Shown here piece after piece: positions 28,295-37,767 of a stretch of DNA of 64,000 nt (position 1 is the first letter of the stretch; each line of letters opens with the position of its first letter). The stretch spans positions 6,933 to 70,932 of IMG/VR virus record IMGVR_UViG_3300025276_000030. One strand, written 5' to 3'. The position numbers and the translations under genes are program-made. Below the pieces are notes generated by a model. It had not been told where the DNA came from, did not search any database, and saw nothing but the letters and a program-made list of their open reading frames with translations. This stretch comes from a virus.

Positions 28295-30981
28295 TATGTT
28301 GTAGTAATATTTATATCTGTTACTGGAGCTGGATCTCCTTTATACCTTACAATTATGTAAAATTCGTTGTCATTACTGTCTAAATACATTCCATCTGCAT
28401 TTCTTAACGGTATAGTGTATGTAGTTGAACTAACACTACCTCCTATGTTTCCATATAAGTCTAAATTACTAGTAAATGGATTTTTAAAGTTATCAGCAGT
28501 AACGGTAGTTTCTATTGAGTTAGAATTAATCTCTGAAGGATCAAATAATCTTGCAGTTGATAAGCTACTATTTGCTCCGCTGCCGCTTGCACTTGATTTA
28601 TACAGCACTGTTGCTGCTATTCCGTTAGTAGATGCATTCCAGTTAACTAAGCTCTTACCGACATTAACTGTCATTGAGGTTTTAGACCCACTCGTTCTAA
28701 ATTTACGTATATAGTACTTATATGTACCTGATCCAAAGTTAGCATCGTACCAGTATCCATTATTACCGCCTGGGTCAACTAAATAACCTGGTTTAACTTG
28801 TAAATCGTAGTTACCTAGTACATTTAAAACCTCATACGTATTAGTAGGGAACAAATCACCGGTAAAAGATAGTACCTTATTGTTAATTTTAATTCTATGA
28901 TCTTCTCCACTGAAGTCTTCAGAAGTTCCTGTTAATGAACTAGCATCATACCCTTGTGCTCTACTGTAAATCGCCATTAACGTTGTCTTACTTTGACCAA
29001 ATATTGATTCATCGTAAAATAACTTAGTAGCAGAAATAGATACACTGGTTGTTCCTTTCCAATTTGCACCTGTTAATCTAAATGCTAGTGAATATGTTTT
29101 GCTCTCTTGAGAAGCTCGAGTTAACTGTACGTTGTCTGCATTACTGTTTAATGTAAAGCTATAAGATGATGTAGTGTAACATATATCGTCTATGAAGGGG
29201 ACATCTCCTATGGATCTCTGTGTAGCTTTGTTGGAGCTTATAACTCCTACTGTATTAGCAACGTTAGATTGTACTCCAGATGGATTAACGCTCACAGTGG
29301 TGTTTGTATGACTATGTGCCCCTATTTGATTCCATGTATCGATGCTTTTATCGATTACTAAAGGATTTTGCATGTATCCATACCCAGGATCAAAGCTTCC
29401 GTTAACATCTCCTCTAAAGTTATAGTTATATACTGCTGTTAGTATGTAAGGTGCTCCAGATAAAGATCTAGAAGTAGCTGTAAAACTTGTTCTATCTAAT
29501 TGTAAGTTAGATATTGATGCTGTAGGTGAAGCGCTTACTATACCAGCACTAGTGAAAGGTAAATCACCTGTATATATGTAAAAATTCGGTGTGCTACTAC
29601 TTGCTACTTTTTCTACATACTCAGATTGTGATCCTGATTTTAATCCTACTTTAATATCGTGAATGTTATAGTATCCACTTGCTGATATAGAGTTAGGTGC
29701 TGCTGCTCCAGCTGTATATAACCTTCCGTTTGTAGTTCCAGCTACATTAACAAAACGACCGTCTTGATATAAAGTTGGTATTACGGCAGGTTGTGTTGTT
29801 GCTATCCTTGCTAGTGTTAACCCATTTGTAGTACCGAAACTACTAATAGAGTAATCTAATAAAGAGGAAGAAGAGAATGTTGATGTTGCTGATGGAGTAC
29901 TATCTGAGTAGTTATCACTAAAAGATTGAGTAGCATAAACTCTTACGTAATATGGAGTAGCTGCTATCTCTATTCCTGTAACAGTCCCTAGTCCAAAATG
30001 AGTATTAGAACTGAATACGTCTGATGATCCACCGGAATTACCTGTAAAGGTAAAAGAACTTGTATTAAATGTTGCTTGAGTAACTATAGTTGTAGGTATT
30101 CTACTCCCATATCCATTACTAAATGGATTTTGACCTACGTTATTACCTAATGCCCCTGATCCAGTTTCTGAGTTCAGTAAGAACCCTTTACTAATTAAGT
30201 ATTCCTGTGTTGACTTAATAGATCCAGTTAAAGATGAGTCTATTTTAGTTGAGTTAAACCAGTTACCTGATAGTTTTGCAGCTTCGTATGATGTTCCTAG
30301 CACTCCGCTAAATAAAACATTCTTAGCTACCGTTGCACCTGGTTGAAATGTTGATGTTGCTGATGCATATATCTTAGTATTCGGTGCAGCATCTGCTACA
30401 TCTAAGGAAGCACTCATAACACCTGCCATGAATCTTACTATTTCAGATATATGAGTGTCATGATCAAAGTTATTAAAGTAAGAACCGTCTAAATTGTTCT
30501 TCCAGTTATTAGAACTTGGGTACCCGACTGTAGTATTGTTAGATTTAATAGCTGTTGTTAATGGAAGAGTTGTTGATACTGATAAGGAGCCTGATATTTG
30601 ATGTCCACCTGATCCGCTTACCTTAAGACTACCTGTAAATTGGTGTGTATCGTCTAAAGTGTTACCGAATAACGTTGATCCAGATTCAAATAGCACAGAA
30701 GCACTTATAATTTCTGTATAAAACTCTCGTGCTGTTATAGTTCCTTCAACTAGTACGTTTCCATGTTCATCTACTGATAGTAGATTCTCGCTTCCGCTAC
30801 TTACGATAAATACATTACCGCTTGGGTTAACTGATGCTGATATTGAACCGGTATATATTGCTGATGGATCAATACCTATAAACTCATCTGCTGATATTGT
30901 GCCAGATATGTGTAAACTACCTGTTAACTCCTTTGAGCCAGATAAATACGAGTCTATTTGTTTCCATTGAATTAATCCCAT
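28294..30981 (-). CDS. Putative virion structural protein (895 aa)
   Basis: S/T/G-rich; carries the TAxEFxTE...ESGSTxFG module also found in both fibres. Confidence 0.65.
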   Translation of the reverse strand: MGLIQWKQIDSYLSGSKELTGSLHISGTISADEFIGIDPSAIYTGSISASVNPSGNVFIVSSGSENLLSVDEHGNVLVEGTITAREFYTEIISASVLFESGSTLFGNTLDDTHQFTGSLKVSGSGGHQISGSLSVSTTLPLTTAIKSNNTTVGYPSSNNWKNNLDGSYFNNFDHDTHISEIVRFMAGVMSASLDVADAAPNTKIYASATSTFQPGATVAKNVLFSGVLGTSYEAAKLSGNWFNSTKIDSSLTGSIKSTQEYLISKGFLLNSETGSGALGNNVGQNPFSNGYGSRIPTTIVTQATFNTSSFTFTGNSGGSSDVFSSNTHFGLGTVTGIEIAATPYYVRVYATQSFSDNYSDSTPSATSTFSSSSLLDYSISSFGTTNGLTLARIATTQPAVIPTLYQDGRFVNVAGTTNGRLYTAGAAAPNSISASGYYNIHDIKVGLKSGSQSEYVEKVASSSTPNFYIYTGDLPFTSAGIVSASPTASISNLQLDRTSFTATSRSLSGAPYILTAVYNYNFRGDVNGSFDPGYGYMQNPLVIDKSIDTWNQIGAHSHTNTTVSVNPSGVQSNVANTVGVISSNKATQRSIGDVPFIDDICYTTSSYSFTLNSNADNVQLTRASQESKTYSLAFRLTGANWKGTTSVSISATKLFYDESIFGQSKTTLMAIYSRAQGYDASSLTGTSEDFSGEDHRIKINNKVLSFTGDLFPTNTYEVLNVLGNYDLQVKPGYLVDPGGNNGYWYDANFGSGTYKYYIRKFRTSGSKTSMTVNVGKSLVNWNASTNGIAATVLYKSSASGSGANSSLSTARLFDPSEINSNSIETTVTADNFKNPFTSNLDLYGNIGGSVSSTTYTIPLRNADGMYLDSNDNEFYIIVRYKGDPAPVTDINITTT

Positions 30982-30984
30982 TGT

Positions 30985-32199
30985 TTATTGTATTTTACCG
31001 CTTAAAATTACTTCATCTCCACTATCTAACGTATATTCTGTTTGCCCTGTCTGTATTACTGCTGATACGTTGTTTCCTGACTGCTGTACTGTATATGCTG
31101 CTGTAGGAATATGCATACCGTTAATATATAGTTGGAATCGTTCTGCTCCTGCTCCAAATCCTGCTGGAGATTGAACTATTGTCTTATTATTAAAGATTGC
31201 TGTGTTTGTTGATACAAAGTCCGAAGAGAAAGTGTTATGTAGGTTAACATATGTAATTTGATCTTGTGCCATACCAAATCTCTGCACTCCTAATGTACCT
31301 TGATCAAAGAATCTATAGTCATTATCTGATTCCGGTGTTTTAGCTTTAGCTACTAATTGTTCTAGGTTACCAGCCATTTCTAAACCAAAAGTTACTGATG
31401 ATTTAGAGTAGAACTTCTTCATACCTGCTAATTGAGCATTAATAGTATCGGGTATTATGTGTCCATTAAGTACTAAGGTAAATGTTGTCTTAGCAGCTCT
31501 GTCAGTTCCCTGTGTTAGCTCTGTTGCTGTAGCATATGAATCTACTCTTGCTCGAAAACTGAACTTTTCAGTGTCTCCCCAGTAAGAATCAGATGCATAG
31601 TTAATACCTTCAATTATCTTATTCATTTGTTCTATATAATCCGTAAAGATCATACAGGAATATGTTAAAGTAACGTATTCTGGTACCACTACTCCGTGAT
31701 ACTCTTCTATAGGCTGTCTATTAGTAACTACGCTGAATCTATCGTAAACATTCTTCTTAGAAAATTGTTTTTTAAAGATTCCATAGTTAATAGGGTTACG
31801 TGGATCAATTTTATTACTAAGACTTCTGTTTTTTTCTACAGAATCTCTCTTAAACATAATAAGAGGGGCTTGTATTTTACCGTTTTTATCTCTATAGTAC
31901 CCATCCTTCTGTACTGCCTTCCATCTTTCTGGAGATCCGTATAGTACTGGTACGCTTAGTTTAGATCCGTTCTGTATTACTGTCGGTTTAATTACATTAT
32001 CAAAGTAATAACTGATAGTTTCATCTATATCTCTTAAACCTACTGTTAGTCTCTTTACATCATCACCTTTAACACTAATTTGATTCTCCCTCTTCCTATT
32101 ATCCGGTAACGGAGGTTTTCCTGTTGGTAAAATCGGCGTTATCTGCTTATGCAGTAACTCTGTCTGTGTTTTCGGTACTGGTTTCTTCTTTCTAGCCAT
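30985..32199 (-). CDS. Tail terminator/sheath stabiliser, T4 gp15-like
   Basis: VPVLYGSPERW...PLIMFKR...PEYVTLTYS...YIEQMNKIIE; position after the neck genes. Confidence 0.65.
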   Translation of the reverse strand: MARKKKPVPKTQTELLHKQITPILPTGKPPLPDNRKRENQISVKGDDVKRLTVGLRDIDETISYYFDNVIKPTVIQNGSKLSVPVLYGSPERWKAVQKDGYYRDKNGKIQAPLIMFKRDSVEKNRSLSNKIDPRNPINYGIFKKQFSKKNVYDRFSVVTNRQPIEEYHGVVVPEYVTLTYSCMIFTDYIEQMNKIIEGINYASDSYWGDTEKFSFRARVDSYATATELTQGTDRAAKTTFTLVLNGHIIPDTINAQLAGMKKFYSKSSVTFGLEMAGNLEQLVAKAKTPESDNDYRFFDQGTLGVQRFGMAQDQITYVNLHNTFSSDFVSTNTAIFNNKTIVQSPAGFGAGAERFQLYINGMHIPTAAYTVQQSGNNVSAVIQTGQTEYTLDSGDEVILSGKIQ

Positions 32200-32201
32200 A
32201 A

Positions 32202-32687
32202 TTATAATCTCTGTCTTGAAATTCCTACCTTATCTGCTCTAGTTAAGTGACAATCAAGTACAATAGAAATAGAATCTCCATATCCACCTGTTCTTTCAAC
32301 GTTATAGTCGTTATCTCTTCCGTAGAACAGTTCGTTTTCCTTAATAGAATCTACTTCGTAGTAATCTTCATGCCACATTACAATATCTCCTATTTGAGCT
32401 ACAAATTGAACATCTTTTAAATCTTCTTTTAGTAGAGCAAATGAAGCTGTACGGCCTAGGTCAGTACCAAACTCATCTATATCGTAAACTTGGTCACCTC
32501 TTGTAATAAGGCAATTAAATTTAACTGGTTCTAAGTATGTCTTCTCTAATGCTTCTCCGTATATGTTTGTTGATGTATCTGATAAGCTTATTTTGTATAG
32601 TAGAATTTCTTGTTCAACAATATCCTTTAATAGTTCCCTATTAATTCCAACTAGTAATTTAAAATCTCTATTACTTCCAAATATCAT
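32202..32687 (-). CDS. Neck/head-closure protein, T4 gp14-like
   Basis: NIYGEA...FG.D...IGDIVMW...YYEVD pattern and position. Confidence 0.65.
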   Translation of the reverse strand: MIFGSNRDFKLLVGINRELLKDIVEQEILLYKISLSDTSTNIYGEALEKTYLEPVKFNCLITRGDQVYDIDEFGTDLGRTASFALLKEDLKDVQFVAQIGDIVMWHEDYYEVDSIKENELFYGRDNDYNVERTGGYGDSISIVLDCHLTRADKVGISRQRL

Positions 32688-32986
32688 TACTTCTCTTCTA
32701 TAGTTTCGTTAGCGATTTCTATTTTAATTATATTCGGATACTTACTGACTGCATTCTCTTTAAATGCTTCAAAAGCCTCTTCTTTATCTTTTTGAGTTAT
32801 TAACTTAACTTTAAAAGTCATACTACCCATTTCCGATGATGAACCAGCATTAGTAACAGCGGTAATCCCCGGTAAAGCACGTAATAGCTCAGCTATGTTC
32901 TCGCTTTCGTCATCTTTGTACATTAACCTAATCATACCTTCATAGGTACTAAATACTATCTGCTCTATTATTGTCATTAATTTCAT
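32687..32986 (-). CDS. Hypothetical protein with MKLxxIIE N-terminus
   Basis: 99 aa, translationally coupled on both sides. Confidence 0.7.
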   Translation of the reverse strand: MKLMTIIEQIVFSTYEGMIRLMYKDDESENIAELLRALPGITAVTNAGSSSEMGSMTFKVKLITQKDKEEAFEAFKENAVSKYPNIIKIEIANETIEEK

Positions 32987-34128
32987 TATCCTACGTGTAT
33001 TGTCATTGGTACTTGAGAAAGTGTAGCTCTTAAGAAATCAGACTCTTGTGCTTGTGCTTCCATTTGAGCTCCTCTAGATGCTTCTAACAACATACTTCTT
33101 AAATTAGTAAGTAGTTCTGTTTTTTCTGTTCTAGCATCTGTAAGTAAGTCTGCTTGATTAAGAGTTGCTTCTGATCCCGGTACTGGTACTGTTTGGTACT
33201 TACCTCTTACATATCCTAGCATTTCTTTTGCTAAAGCTAATGTAAACTGAAATATCCATTGTCGTCCAACACTGTTGATATGTGCATACTCTGGGTTACT
33301 ATAGGGTACTTCTGATACTGTAGTTATATTTCCTGTGTTAGAATCAAAGTTTAATGCTGATTTAGCTGCATTAGTCATGTATTCAAAGTATAATTTTCCA
33401 GTATTATTAGGAATAGGAAATAATTTTAATTGATTATTAATTAATTCAAAAGTAAAAGCTGATTTTCTTAATTGATCGTTAAATTCTATTGCTTGTGTTT
33501 TAAGTACATCGTATGATGCTGGCATAAGCATAAAATTTACTCCTGGACTCATATTACCAAAGCCGAATTGATCCATCATTGCATTAGTACCTGTTCCAGT
33601 ACCTGCATAGGGATCAAAGTATCTAGTAATTGCTGGAGGTGCTTCATAAAATATTCTACGAATTTCAATTCCTCCTGTTATACTTTTTGCTGCTGCCCAA
33701 GCATTCATATCATAGTTCTGATGAGAACCGGTTAAGTTTATGTAATCAGAATGGACTGTTACATTTCCACCGACTCCTGCTTCTGTTCCGTAATTCTTAG
33801 CAATCTGTACAAATCTATTAATGTTTGGCTCTACAATTTGGTTATTCAATGAACTTCCGGTTGGTGCACCTTCAAAAGATAAGTAATTTTCTCTTATTTT
33901 ATACTGAAATACTTCGTTTCCGTAAGTAGTTACTGCCTCTTCGAAGCAAGCATAAAGAGATCCTGATTGTAATTCTACATCCATTAAGGGAAACCCTAAT
34001 CTTGTAGCACAGAATTTTGCTACTTTATCTGCGTCTCCTGCAAATGCTGAATCTGAGTCATAAAACCCAAAAGGGGTTTGACCGCTACTAAAAGAGCTTG
34101 TTCCATTCCAAATACTTATATTAGCCAT
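32986..34128 (-). CDS. Neck/head-tail adaptor protein, T4 gp13-like
   Basis: RLGFPLMDVEL...EEAV...WIFQFTLALAKEMLGYVRGKY...LNQADLL. Confidence 0.75.
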   Translation of the reverse strand: MANISIWNGTSSFSSGQTPFGFYDSDSAFAGDADKVAKFCATRLGFPLMDVELQSGSLYACFEEAVTTYGNEVFQYKIRENYLSFEGAPTGSSLNNQIVEPNINRFVQIAKNYGTEAGVGGNVTVHSDYINLTGSHQNYDMNAWAAAKSITGGIEIRRIFYEAPPAITRYFDPYAGTGTGTNAMMDQFGFGNMSPGVNFMLMPASYDVLKTQAIEFNDQLRKSAFTFELINNQLKLFPIPNNTGKLYFEYMTNAAKSALNFDSNTGNITTVSEVPYSNPEYAHINSVGRQWIFQFTLALAKEMLGYVRGKYQTVPVPGSEATLNQADLLTDARTEKTELLTNLRSMLLEASRGAQMEAQAQESDFLRATLSQVPMTIHVG

Positions 34129-34183
34129 TGAGTATAGTTTTATAATAAATAGTAAGGTATTGTAATAAGAGATAACGTATCAG

Positions 34184-34870
34184 TTAATCTCTAAATGTTT
34201 TATACACTTTAAGGATAGGTGACACTATATCATGCCTATGATTCTTTAATAATGTATGGGTAACAAAGCCTTCTACCTGTTCTTCAACTCTTGATAAGAA
34301 AGAAAATCCAGTCTCTCTTTTATCTTTTAAGTCAATTTGTGCTAAATCACCGCATATTACCATCTTGGAAGCTTTACCTAGTCTACCTATAACTGTTTCC
34401 ATTTGGTTATGAGTAACATTTTGAGCTTCATCTACAATTACAAATGAATTAAGAAATGTACGTCCTCTCATAAATGCAAAAGGTACAATTTCAATATTTT
34501 CATTCTCTAATTCTTTATCTATTTTCTCTTTACTGTAGAGAGCATAAAGGTTATGATATATTGGTGCTAACCATGGATCCATTTTTTCCTTTATATCTCC
34601 TGGTAAGAACCCTATATCCTCTTTAGACACAGTTGGCCTTGTTATGATAATCTTATCTACCTTCTTCTGAAAGAGTAAGTCTAGAGCTACTTGTACTGCT
34701 ACTAGAGTTTTACCGCTTCCTGCCATTCCACGTAGTGTAGTTATTGGAGAGTTTAATATTAAAGATTTAGCTTGTTTCTGTTCTTCGTTAAGTTGAAGAT
34801 TAAATTTAATCGGACCTTTTGGTCTTCTTTTTTGTGTAAAGACCTCGTCTGTATGATGTTTTGAAGACAT
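34184..34870 (-). CDS. phoH: PhoH-family ATPase
   Basis: GMAGSGKT, IIITRP, IGFLPG, FMRGRTF, VDEAQN, RLG, GDLAQID, NHRH. Confidence 0.95.
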   Translation of the reverse strand: MSSKHHTDEVFTQKRRPKGPIKFNLQLNEEQKQAKSLILNSPITTLRGMAGSGKTLVAVQVALDLLFQKKVDKIIITRPTVSKEDIGFLPGDIKEKMDPWLAPIYHNLYALYSKEKIDKELENENIEIVPFAFMRGRTFLNSFVIVDEAQNVTHNQMETVIGRLGKASKMVICGDLAQIDLKDKRETGFSFLSRVEEQVEGFVTHTLLKNHRHDIVSPILKVYKTFRD

Positions 34871-34920
34871 ATTTAAATAACTTTATTATTATAGTAATAA
34901 ATAGTTCTTCACTTGTAAAT

Positions 34921-34954
34921 AAAAAAAAAGAAAGGGGCTAAAATAGCCCCTCTC
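34921..34954 (-). terminator. Intrinsic terminator after the major capsid gene
   Basis: GGGGCUA-UUU-UAGCCCC followed by UUUC and a run of U. Confidence 0.9.
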
Positions 34955-34982
34955 CTAATAATAAAAATAATACAGTTAAATA

Positions 34983-36563
34983 CTATACCGCATCTAAGTC
35001 AGATACAAATACTTTTCCGTAAAATTCTGGTCTGATCATTTTCTTCGCGTAACGAGTCATGATACCTTTTCTTGGAGTGAAGGTAGCTGGATCGTATACT
35101 AGAGGAGTCATGATTAATGGAACATATGGAGCATATACTGCACCACTTTCTAAGAACTGACCACCTCTAAATCCTACTAAGATTGTGTTTTCAGTTAAGT
35201 AAGGGTTCTTGTATACTTTGTAACGTCCATTTAATTGTCCAACTTTTTGAACACCCATTGCAAATTCAGCCTGATCTCCGTCAGTTTGTGCAGCATATCC
35301 TGGAATTGATTCTAAGATAGTAGCTACAGAAGGAGAACATACTAAGAAGTTTGCTCCACCTCTTAAAGTTTTCTGGTGAATTTTGTTAGATACTTTTTGG
35401 ATTTTAGTTCCTAATGTTTGGAACCATTGTCCTTGAGTATTATAGAAGTCAGAAGCAGCATTTGCCCAAGCAGTTCCGTTCCAGATTCTATTGTTCTGTG
35501 CAGACCACTTTTCAGTTGTTCTAGCACCTTGGATTAACATGTCTAATATTTCAAGATCAATTTCCATTGAAATGTACTCACTTAATAAGTTAGTAAGTTC
35601 AGCTTCAGCATCGATTGAATGATAAGCATTAAGATCCTGAGCAAACTCTGGTGTCCATTGTGCTTTCAATTTTCTTGTTTTAGCAACAACTGCCTCAGAT
35701 TTCAACTCTACATTGATTTCTGGAATAGCGATTGGTGATCCTGCAGTAGAATCTTCAAAGTCTCCTCTTGTATTATCTTTAGGCTGTACGTGATATTTTA
35801 CATTACCTGTAGAAGGTAAAGCATTACCAGTAAGGTCAGATTTCTTTACAATAAAAGTTACAACGTTTCCAGCTACAGTAGTAAGTTCTGGATAGTTAGT
35901 AACATCAGCAGAAGCAGATACTAATCTAAAAGCTCTTACACCTTCAGCGTCAAATCCAGTTGATGCTAAATCTACACTTGCTTTTAAGAAGTCTGCTACA
36001 GTTAAGTCAGCGTTATATCCTAATGCAGCTACAGTTGCTACAGCAGAAGTAATAGTCTCTCCAGCTGAAGTTGCAGATTTGATTGAGTAACCAAACTGTC
36101 CAGCTCCGTAAAGACCTCCAGAAGGATCAACATCAACTCCGATTTTAGTTCCTGCTTCAGAAACGTTACCTGCCATGTTGTCTCCAGCAGCTCTACCACC
36201 TTGTGCAGTTCCGTATTTGAAGTCTAGGTAAAATACTAGCCCAGAAGGCAAGTTCATTGGTTGTACAGAGACAAAGTCTTTAGAAGAGATTTGAGCGAAT
36301 ACTTTACGTACTAATGGTAAAGCTACTCCAGCCCATTGCTCGTTTCCAGCACCTGTAGCGCTAATTGCGCCTGTTCCTGTAGATGATTGTTCTGCTACGA
36401 TTTGCTTTGCTTGATTTTCTAGCATGATTGACATAGTGTCAGCCTCTTTGCCAGCTAATCCTTCAAGTAATCCTGAAGCAGACCATTTGTCAGACAAACG
36501 TTGAGCGTCTTCTTGTAACGCTTTGTATCCGTTTGCACTTTCTAATAGTGAATTTAATTCCAT
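34983..36563 (-). CDS. Major capsid protein, T4 gp23-like
   Basis: VQPMNLPSGLVFYL, AKTRKLKAQWTPEFAQDLNAYHSIDAEAEL, YAPYVPL, FTPRKGIMTRY. Confidence 0.97.
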   Translation of the reverse strand: MELNSLLESANGYKALQEDAQRLSDKWSASGLLEGLAGKEADTMSIMLENQAKQIVAEQSSTGTGAISATGAGNEQWAGVALPLVRKVFAQISSKDFVSVQPMNLPSGLVFYLDFKYGTAQGGRAAGDNMAGNVSEAGTKIGVDVDPSGGLYGAGQFGYSIKSATSAGETITSAVATVAALGYNADLTVADFLKASVDLASTGFDAEGVRAFRLVSASADVTNYPELTTVAGNVVTFIVKKSDLTGNALPSTGNVKYHVQPKDNTRGDFEDSTAGSPIAIPEINVELKSEAVVAKTRKLKAQWTPEFAQDLNAYHSIDAEAELTNLLSEYISMEIDLEILDMLIQGARTTEKWSAQNNRIWNGTAWANAASDFYNTQGQWFQTLGTKIQKVSNKIHQKTLRGGANFLVCSPSVATILESIPGYAAQTDGDQAEFAMGVQKVGQLNGRYKVYKNPYLTENTILVGFRGGQFLESGAVYAPYVPLIMTPLVYDPATFTPRKGIMTRYAKKMIRPEFYGKVFVSDLDAV

Positions 36564-36589
36564 GATTGTTTTTTTTTTAAAATTTAAAA

Positions 36590-37585
36590 TTATTTAATAA
36601 TACCAGCTAATTTTTGCATTCTTTTTACAGCACTTGATACTTCTGAGATAATTTCTGGTTTAGCAGAAGTTGTTCCAGTAGCTTTAGATGCCATTCCTAA
36701 TTTGCTCTCGTTAACTTTCGGACTTTTTGTAGTCACCATGTTATCAGAAACAGTTTCGAAGACTAATTTTACTTCTTTTACTGTTTCAGCTTTGTCAAAT
36801 GCAGCAATGATGTTAACTTTTTGTGATTCACTTAAGTTACTAGACTTAAACACTTTATTAACATATAATAGTTTTGCGTTTAAAAGATTAACTTCTTGTA
36901 GTTGAGATTGTAAAGTGTTGATAGTCTCTAAAGCTTCATTAAGTTCAGTACTAGGTACTTCTTCTTTTTCTTCTTTTTTCAATTTCTCGTCTTCTTTTTC
37001 TTCTTCTACTTCTTCAGTTACTTCTTCTTCCTCATTAGAAGCTGATTCTAATTCGGCTAATAATTCGTCAAGATCAATTTCGTCATCTTCAGCTCCCATT
37101 TCCATGTCTTCCTCTTCAGGTGCCATTTCGTCTCCGCTGTCCATGTCTCCCATGTCCATCTCTTCTTCTCCACCATCGCCCATCTCTGTTGCGATAATGT
37201 CACGAATAAGATCTTTAAGGTCAGACACTTCCATGTCTTTAACCTCTACTTCTTCTTCTTCTGTTTCTTCTGCTTCGTCTTCAGATTCTTCTGAATCATC
37301 CTCAGCTTCTGGTTCAGCATCCATTTCTGCTTCCTCTTCTACTTCGATTTCCTCCATTGCTGGTGCTTCTTCTTCTTTAGTTTCGTACGTTTCGTCTACA
37401 TCTTCTTCGTTTGTTGCGTCTTCTTCGATGGATGCTTCATCCATTTCTTGTAGTTTCGCAGCTAACATATCCTTTAAATGTGGAGTTAACGACTCTTCTA
37501 AAGCTTCTTTAGCATTAGCAATAGCGGCTTCTCTAATAGATTTGGCTTCAGCAATAGCTTGCTTGAATAAATCTTTGTTTGCCAT
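36590..37585 (-). CDS. Prohead scaffolding/core protein, T4 gp22-like
   Basis: Very acidic coiled coil directly upstream of the capsid gene; NLLNAKLLY...RMQKLAGI; many xxE sites. Confidence 0.85.
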   Translation of the reverse strand: MANKDLFKQAIAEAKSIREAAIANAKEALEESLTPHLKDMLAAKLQEMDEASIEEDATNEEDVDETYETKEEEAPAMEEIEVEEEAEMDAEPEAEDDSEESEDEAEETEEEEVEVKDMEVSDLKDLIRDIIATEMGDGGEEEMDMGDMDSGDEMAPEEEDMEMGAEDDEIDLDELLAELESASNEEEEVTEEVEEEKEDEKLKKEEKEEVPSTELNEALETINTLQSQLQEVNLLNAKLLYVNKVFKSSNLSESQKVNIIAAFDKAETVKEVKLVFETVSDNMVTTKSPKVNESKLGMASKATGTTSAKPEIISEVSSAVKRMQKLAGIIK

Positions 37586-37605
37586 TTTTAATAAGTTTGT
37601 TGGTT

Positions 37606-37685
37606 TCTACGATTATTGTAATCGTAATAGGAAAGTTTTACAAAATATAATACAGTATAAAGAACTGCATATTCCTATATAAATA
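37606..37685 (-). promoter_or_regulatory. TATTTATA motif and structured leader of the scaffold-capsid operon
   Basis: Motif at 37678-37685; hairpin UACGAUUA-CAA-UAAUCGUA at about 37608-37626. Confidence 0.5.
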
Positions 37686-37699
37686 TATACCTTTTACGG

Positions 37700-37730
37700 A
37701 AAACAAGAAAACCACCTAAAATAGATGGTT
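37700..37730 (-). terminator. Probable intrinsic terminator
   Basis: AACCAUCUA-UUU-UAGGUGGUU followed by UUCUUGUUUU. Confidence 0.65.
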
Positions 37731-37767
37731 AACTCTCCTGCCCGTCGGTAGCGTCCGAGGAATTATC

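Noticed and set aside
36915-37682. 255-aa Ser-rich plus-strand ORF
   Set aside because: Antisense shadow of Glu (GAA) codons in the scaffold gene
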